Below the pieces are notes generated by a model, which was not told the DNA's origin, did no database searches, and saw only the letters and a program-made list of their open reading frames with translations. The position numbers were made by a program, and so were the translations under genes. A stretch of 64,000 bases of DNA, taken from Basidiobolus meristosporus CBS 931.73. Taxonomy: Eukaryota; Fungi; Basidiobolomycota. Location of the stretch: NCBI GenBank assembly GCA_002104905.1, contig MCFE01000161.1, positions 85,348-149,347 of the forward strand, read 5' to 3'. Shown one piece after another: positions 62,413-64,000 of this stretch (positions are counted from its first letter, which is position 1; each line of letters begins with the position of its first letter).

Positions 62413-63035
62413 TGCAATTGCTTTGAATTGCTCATATTTGTAATGATCCCAACAATTCATTTTTTTTGCAATCCAAATTGAGCCATTGCAAATCAGTGAT
62501 CATCAAATTTTTGATATAAGTAATATCAAGGTCATCTCACATTTGAGACAGAACCCCTATAAACCAACACCCTGCATATATTTACGTCATCTGAAATACC
62601 AGTGCAGCTATTGGATCTGTTTTGCACCTACACAATTGCTTGCATGCTAGCTATGACACCTTGTCCAATCACCAGGGTCAGGGATTTACTTGCTCAATGG
62701 GCAAAATGGGATATTTGATGGCAAATCAGGTAGCTTTTATAGTAGTCAATGAGCCAATTGGGGGCTGCCAGCTTCAGGATACTTTGGACCAATTAACCAC
62801 TGCGATAATGTCCAATTGGAGTGAGGGTAACCAAAATGGTAAGTATAAGTGTAGTTTATAGTGTGATACACATTTATTTCCATTTACATTAAAGAAACAT
62901 ATCCAAATACTGGATTTTACCTGCCATAATAGCGGTATCCAATTGCACACATGATGCAAACATTACAAGTTGGTGCAATCATCCGTGCCAACCTCATTGT
63001 GTCAGATTGCGCCATAGTGTGCAAGATTGTCCCGC

Positions 63036-63838
63036 TGTGGTGGTGTAGAGGTACTCCTGGGAGAAGCTACACAACTCAAGGTGTGTGAGGAGTCTGATGG
63101 GTGCAATAACCTCTGTGTCTAAACTGCTGGTGTCTTTGTCAATATGCCACTATGGTAAAAGCTCCTGCTTCTCTAGCTTCCTAGGTGCTCCAAGTGTCTC
63201 CAAAGGCCTCTGTGTGTCTTGTGCACTACCCTGAAAAGCTCCTTGATTGCAGGTCTGAGATGTACTGTTGAAGGCAGGTGCAGTGATCAATTGCTAATCA
63301 ATAAGGTTGAAGTGTTACTGATAGAAGGGATGATTTATTGATGAGGGATTGCTTTCCCTTAAATACTTTTCCTGATTGCCAAGTGATTACTAATGACAAG
63401 GTTCTAGAAGATTCTAGGTATCAGTGGAATTCTTGATGACATCACTATGAGCTAAAAATATGCCAAGAATGTCCTGGAAGGTTCTAAAAGGCATAGCACT
63501 TTTGACCAATCAGGATCAGTAGTCTGAAACCTGTGCAACATAGAAATACCATATATGGTATTGAAATGGTAGGGATGGTAACACAGACCTAGGTCATGGG
63601 TCACAGGTACTGACGCGGGCACTTGCCTTATATAGATACATCTAATGATCACAAAGCTGAATAACATCTGGGATAACTAATGCTAATAACTAATCAGGGT
63701 AAACATCATATGGGGATAACACTGATAATATGGGCAAAAGAAGAATGGGATAATACTGATAAGATGAAATATGGATAAGTATATCATGATGACTATATGA
63801 GTAAACTTGTCTGTGGGAGGTATGCTTACCCTACCACA
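63036..63838 (-). mobile_element. Solo LTR, 803 bp
   Basis: TGTGGT...ACCACA termini; 4-bp TSD CCGC at 63032-63035 and 63839-63842; absent at the equivalent site in copies 1 and 2; minus-strand TATATAA (63634-63628) and AATAAA (63339-63334) suggest orientation. Confidence 0.88.
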
Positions 63839-64000
63839 CCGCATAGTGCAAAATTGTCCAAGAACAATCCTGCCTTCTGGTAGCTATAATATTGCGCCTG
63901 ATTGTTCTTTACAACCGCGGATTGTGCCATGCGCCCTGGCATGGTACAATGGAACAAGTCTAAAATCTTTGCTGCAAAGAAGGAACTCAAGTAGATCAAT

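Larger units (their letters stand above)
59724..63961 (-). mobile_element. PHIS (Pangu-like) transposon, copy 3, inverted, carrying a solo LTR
   Basis: Right TIR agacttgttctg at 59724 after AAT (59721-59723); left TIR ggaacaagtct ending at 63961, followed by AAA (imperfect TSD); about 3.43 kb without the LTR. Confidence 0.93.

Overview
Eukaryotic genomic DNA, fungal by gene content and short GT-AG introns of about 55-70 nt; an early-diverging lineage is likely (inference). There are two compartments with a sharp boundary near 40.9 kb. Bases 1-40.7 kb are ordinary gene space: thioredoxin reductase, two 7TM/GPCR-like genes, a CDF metal transporter, an RGS protein, xanthine dehydrogenase, a DOCK GEF, a G-alpha subunit, mitochondrial PheRS, DPM1, a PRM10-like pseudogene, cyanase and an EF-hand protein. 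Bases 40.9-64 kb are a CpG-depleted nest of transposons. Decayed CACTA/CMC (Tnp2-type) elements are interrupted by three full-length ~3.4-kb copies and one truncated copy of a two-gene PHIS (PIF/Harbinger-ISL2EU, Pangu-like) DNA transposon with TIR AGACTTGTTCC and 3-bp AAT/ATT TSD. The nest also holds a 460-bp foldback and an 803-bp solo LTR. The best candidate for an undescribed system is this PHIS family. (1) All three insertions with an intact left end sit immediately 3' of the same one-sided host motif, AAGAT plus the 3-bp TSD, in the same orientation, and an empty paralogous site shows that the motif belongs to the target. (2) Its 885-nt transposase ORF has zero CpG in copy 1 (all Arg codons AGR) and is intact in all three copies, while the CpG-rich partner gene decays by CpG transitions. 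(3) The partner protein carries a SAP/HeH-like motif rather than an evident Myb/SANT domain. All assignments are by eye, with no database searches.
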